Shown here: positions 60,001-64,000 of the stretch, in pieces | How the letters are laid out: each line of letters starts with the position of its first letter | How positions within the stretch are numbered: position 1 is the stretch's first letter | Source of the DNA: Octopus vulgaris | Lineage: Eukaryota | Reading direction: 5' to 3' | Assembly: GCA_951406725.2 (NCBI GenBank) | Contig: OX597826.1 | Coordinates: 26,040,001 to 26,104,000, forward strand | Length of the DNA: 64,000 nucleotides | Made by a program: the position numbers and the translations under genes | Notes under the pieces: generated by a model | Told to the model about the DNA's origin: nothing | Database searches by the model: none | The model's input: only the letters and a program-made list of their open reading frames with translations

Positions 60001-62658
60001 GGTGGTGGTTCGCTGGAGCGGGGGAGGGCCTTAAAGGACTTCCTAGCCGGTGGACCGCGGCTCTCGGGGCGTGAGGGGGAGTGCTGTGAAGGAGCGATCA
60101 CTCCCGCGGAGATAGATGGGGTACTGGCCGGATGCGCCGGGGAGAAGTCGCCGGGGTTGGATGGTCTGCCCTACGAGTTTTATCAAAGTATGCCGGACTT
60201 GTTCGGGGGAATACTGGCAGGCGTCTACGCGAACTGGCAGCAGAACAGGAGAATTCCCAGTTCTGTAAGCCAGGGAGTGGTGACGCTAATCCAGAAAGAC
60301 CCGAGCAAGGGGGATAACATTAGTAATTACAGGCTCATAACTCTACTTAATGTAGAGTTAAAGATTTTGGCCAAGGTGTTGGCAAAAAGGTTGACGACTG
60401 TCGTGGAGAAACTTGTAGGGAAAGCACAGACATGTGCAATTCCAGGCAGGTCGATCCAGAACAATCTTCACCTTATACGCTACACCTCAGATAGGGTGGG
60501 TAAATTAACCGGCAAGGGCGTGGTAATGGTCCATTTAGACCAAAGTAAAGCGTTCTATAGGGTAGACCATAAGTACCTGGCGACGGTCCTCGAAGCGGCT
60601 GGACTGGGCCCTGAATTTCGCGGGTGGATCTCCGCTATGTATAGCGGCATCAAGTCCACCGTCCAGATAAACGGTTACCTAACGGAACCGTTTTCGATCG
60701 AACGTTCAGTTCGTCATGGGTGCCCCTTGTCACCACTTTTGTACGTGTTGGCTCTCGAGCCATTGCTGCGAAAGTTGGAGAGGCTGGAAAGTAACCCGGA
60801 TGAGATCGGAGGCGGGAGGACGGTTTCTGCTTATGCGGATGATGTCACCCTCATCGTGTCCAATGAGGCTCAGCTACCTTGTGTAGAAGATGCTATCAGA
60901 GGATACGAGGCGGTGGCAGGAGCAAAAGTTAACAAGGACAAGTCGATTGGCTTACGCCTCGGCACCTGGAGGAGCAAGTCGATATCGTCCAGTGCCGTGG
61001 GACACTGGACAGATGGTCCTCTTAAGTTGCTAGGAGTTTGGTTTGGGCCAGACTCCCAAACGGAGAGGAATTGGAGTGAGGTGACGGACAAGGTGGAGGC
61101 CATAGTACGGACCTGGTCCGGAAGGTTTCTGTCCTTGAAAGGAAGGGCGGAGGTGGTACAGATGTTCATTGCATCTGTAATCACTTACCGCCTGACCGTT
61201 GTCCCTTGCCCCGATTCATGGCTTAGCAAGTTGGAGCGAATCCTTTTCCGCTTTTTGTGGAAGGGAGGAAGCCACTTGTGAGGCGCTCCGTTTGCTGCCA
61301 GGAACCGTTAAAGGGTGGGTTAGGAATGCCTTGGTTGATGATGCGCAGACATGCGTTGAGGCTGAATCATCTCTGGCACCACCTGGAGGGTGATAAGGTG
61401 TGGAGTCCGCTGGCAAGGGAATTTTTCCCGAGACCGGCTTCCTTAGTGAATTTTAAACCCGGTTGCATCAAAAGACGGAATCTGACTTTATGGCAAAGGG
61501 AGTGCCGACAGGCACTCACGCTGATCCACAAAGCGGGCAAGGCCGGCTGCGGAAATATCACCTCGGTATTTTATAGCAGGCTGGTAGAGGCAAAGAACGA
61601 CGACGTCCTAGGAGGGGCTCTGGGGTTCGACGAAGACCAGCTTACCAACCTGTTTAAAAAGACTTTCAGGACGGGGTATTTGGATAATTTCCAAAGATCC
61701 CTGGCCTGGCAGTGTTATATATTTCTTTACTGCCCACAAGGGGCTAAACATAGAGGGGACAAACAAGGACAGACAAAGCGATTAAGTCGATTAAATCGAC
61801 CCCAGTGCGAAACTGGTACTTTATTTATTGACCTCGAAAGGATGAAAGGCAAAGTCGACCTCGGCGGAATTTGAACTGAGAACGTAACGGCAGACGAACT
61901 ACGACTACGCATTTCGCCCAGCGTGCTAACGTTTCTGCCAGCTCGCCGCCTGGCAGTGTTATAGGAATGCTTTACTTGTTCGCGAGAAGTTATCGCGGCA
62001 CGGAATTTCAGTGCCACCGACATGTCCAAGATGCGGATTGGACGATGAAACCGTCCAGCACGCTTTTGTACACTGTCGGCAGTTGTCAGACTTGATAAGT
62101 TACGCAGAACACGTGTTATCGCATCTGGGACGAGTACAGCTGTCGGCTGAGTCTATGATTAAGATGATACCGCCAACTGGACTCTCGAAGGAAGGTGAGG
62201 CATGTTTTCACTGCACGGTTGCCGTAATAAAAGAATGCATGTGGCGTACAAGAACGGAAGGAGTCGCAATAGGATCCTTGCTCACTTACTTCCATATATC
62301 ATCTGAAGAGCAAAATGGGGCTGGAAAAGAAGACCTTACCACGAGGTGTGTATGAAAAAAGATGGAAGGAAGTGGCGAAAAAGGTGGGTGTCAGAAACCC
62401 AGTTTAACTATGGATGGAGAAGAGGAAAGGAAAGCTGTGGGGCCTTATAGGTTGCCGGGGTTTAAAATATATCGGTAAGATTTCAATCTAATGTAATGTT
62501 ATATTAGTCAATGCAAAGGACAATTTAAATACAGTTTTTTGTATAATGAATAATCCATCTTTTTTGGAAATTTTCAAACGAACCACTTAACTGTTTTTTG
62601 TATGTATGTCCTGTATTGTTCTTCTAAGTACTGATTTTATAATCATAATAAAGAATTA
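57087..62658 (+). mobile_element. Full-length but inactivated L1/Tx1-clade LINE
   Basis: ORF1 from 57332 with zinc knuckle CFKCGEKGHVRSNC; ORF2 from 58791 with APE (NVRG, YAP, GDFN, IDRIF, TDH), RT (SPGLDG, GCPLSPLLY, AYADD) and CPRC...H...C; frameshifts plus an in-frame TGA at 59404; AATAAA near the 3' end; TSD ATCGAAAACCG at 57076-57086 and 62659-62669. Confidence 0.93.
61720..61947 (-). mobile_element. Family 3 SINE nested in LINE ORF2
   Basis: 16-bp TSD GCCTGGCAGTGTTATA at 61704-61719 and 61948-61963. Confidence 0.92.
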
Positions 62659-62926
62659 ATCGAAAACCGGTGATTGCCGTACGCTGAAGATAGGCAAATA
62701 CCTAGAAACTGCAGATCGTGCTTATCACTTTGGTTGACGAGAGAGGGATGACCTCCCTTTGCAAATACCATAAGTGCACAGAAAGTGTGCCTAACGCCAG
62801 CTGGAGACGATGATCTCCTGGGGCTACAAGCTACAGTAACACCCACCCTTAGTGGTTAGCCATATTGTGATGGCTAGTATACCCTACATTGTCGTGCAGT
62901 TACTGTTTACATCTCGTTCAGAGATT

Positions 62927-62930
<4 letters not shown>
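62659..62930 (+). repeat. Continuation of the hammerhead-bearing repeat after the LINE
   Basis: gtacg-CTGAAGA-taggcaaataccta-GAAA-ctgcag-AT-cgtgc at 62679-62721 (cleavage triplet mutated). Confidence 0.8.
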
Positions 62931-62995
<65 letters not shown>

Positions 62996-63340
62996 ATTTT
63001 CTTGACTCCAAAGAGTCAAAACTTGTACTTGAATCATGCTTCATGTTATCGAACTCGAAAAGACGGAAAGCAAAATTGACTTCAGCGTTATTTGAACTCA
63101 TGATATTAAGAAACACACCGTGAAGATATGCTGTAAACCAAAGTGTTTTGTTTTTCGGATCGTTATGGTAAGTTTTCAAGTAGTTACTTCTTGAGGAAAT
63201 ATCATATCTAATCATTAATTAGTAACCTATCCTAAACTTGAATACAATAAACTGTTTGTTTTGACGTTCACTTCCTTATTACTTTCTTTTAATTGGCTCA
63301 TCTTAGAAACAACAACTTATATCCTGATCATGGTGAATCT

Positions 63341-63348
63341 TATAAATA
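63341..63348 (+). promoter_or_regulatory. TATA box of gene C
   Basis: TATAAATA within a ~500-bp block duplicated from the gene A upstream region. Confidence 0.7.
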
Positions 63349-63469
63349 CAGAAAATTCCGTCGGGTTGTTGTCAATTCACTTCCATTTTGCCGTAATTTC
63401 TTTCTCATTAGCGAACGATCTCGTGTCGAATTTTGAGCAGAGAAGAAAAAAATTAAGACCAACGCCATA

Positions 63470-63566
63470 ATGAAGATGAATACAGTCTTTTACTTAGCCT
63501 TGATAGCCCTGATGTTCGGTCTGGGGACATGTGCTGTGGTGAATATGGAACCGAAGATAAATGAAG
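63470..63566 (+). CDS. Gene C exon 1 (signal peptide); gene continues beyond the window
   Basis: [32 protein letters not shown]+G, donor gtaagc; 4 nt different from gene A exon 1. Confidence 0.85.
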
Positions 63567-63605
63567 GTAAGCACTCCTTTAGTCCAGTACAGCATAGATC
63601 ATATA

Positions 63606-63697
<92 letters not shown>

Positions 63698-63794
63698 TCA
63701 CACATACATATCTATGTGCATGCTTATATATATATACATATACATACACATTTATATATACACAAACATCTGAGTGTATATCTATATCTATCTA

Positions 63795-63827
<33 letters not shown>

Positions 63828-63861
63828 GTATATATATATACACATGTATATATACATAAAC

Positions 63862-63942
<81 letters not shown>

Positions 63943-64000
63943 CACAAACACACACACATATTATTGTGTCTGGAGAGGATTATTTTACACACTCACCGGT

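Overview
Eukaryotic, AT-rich window saturated with microsatellites and transposons. The tRNA-derived SINE families and (TA)n/(CA)n density suggest an octopus or other coleoid cephalopod genome (inference). Almost all listed ORFs are microsatellite artefacts. Splicing by eye reveals a tandem family of small secreted six-cysteine proteins with four exons and all phase-1 GT-AG introns. Gene B is complete on the minus strand (10802->2407, 196 aa), gene A is complete on the plus strand (38987->48848, 245 aa), and exon 1 of gene C starts at 63470 and runs off the window. There is also a frameshifted pseudo-exon 1, several orphan promoter relics and a stray copy of part of exon 4. Signal peptides and TATA promoters are conserved, while the mature domain is highly divergent apart from the Cys frame, which resembles DUF4773 from memory (not searched). 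The second theme is Penelope-like retroelements and derived repeats carrying several type I hammerhead-ribozyme motifs, two of which show clear covariation. One hammerhead-bearing repeat of about 356 bp is interrupted by a full-length Tx1/L1-type LINE with an 11-bp target-site duplication. A CR1-type LINE, mariner/Tc1 relics, a Helitron-like element, many SINEs and perfect foldback hairpins fill the rest. No searches could be run; family names are recalled and repeat boundaries are approximate.
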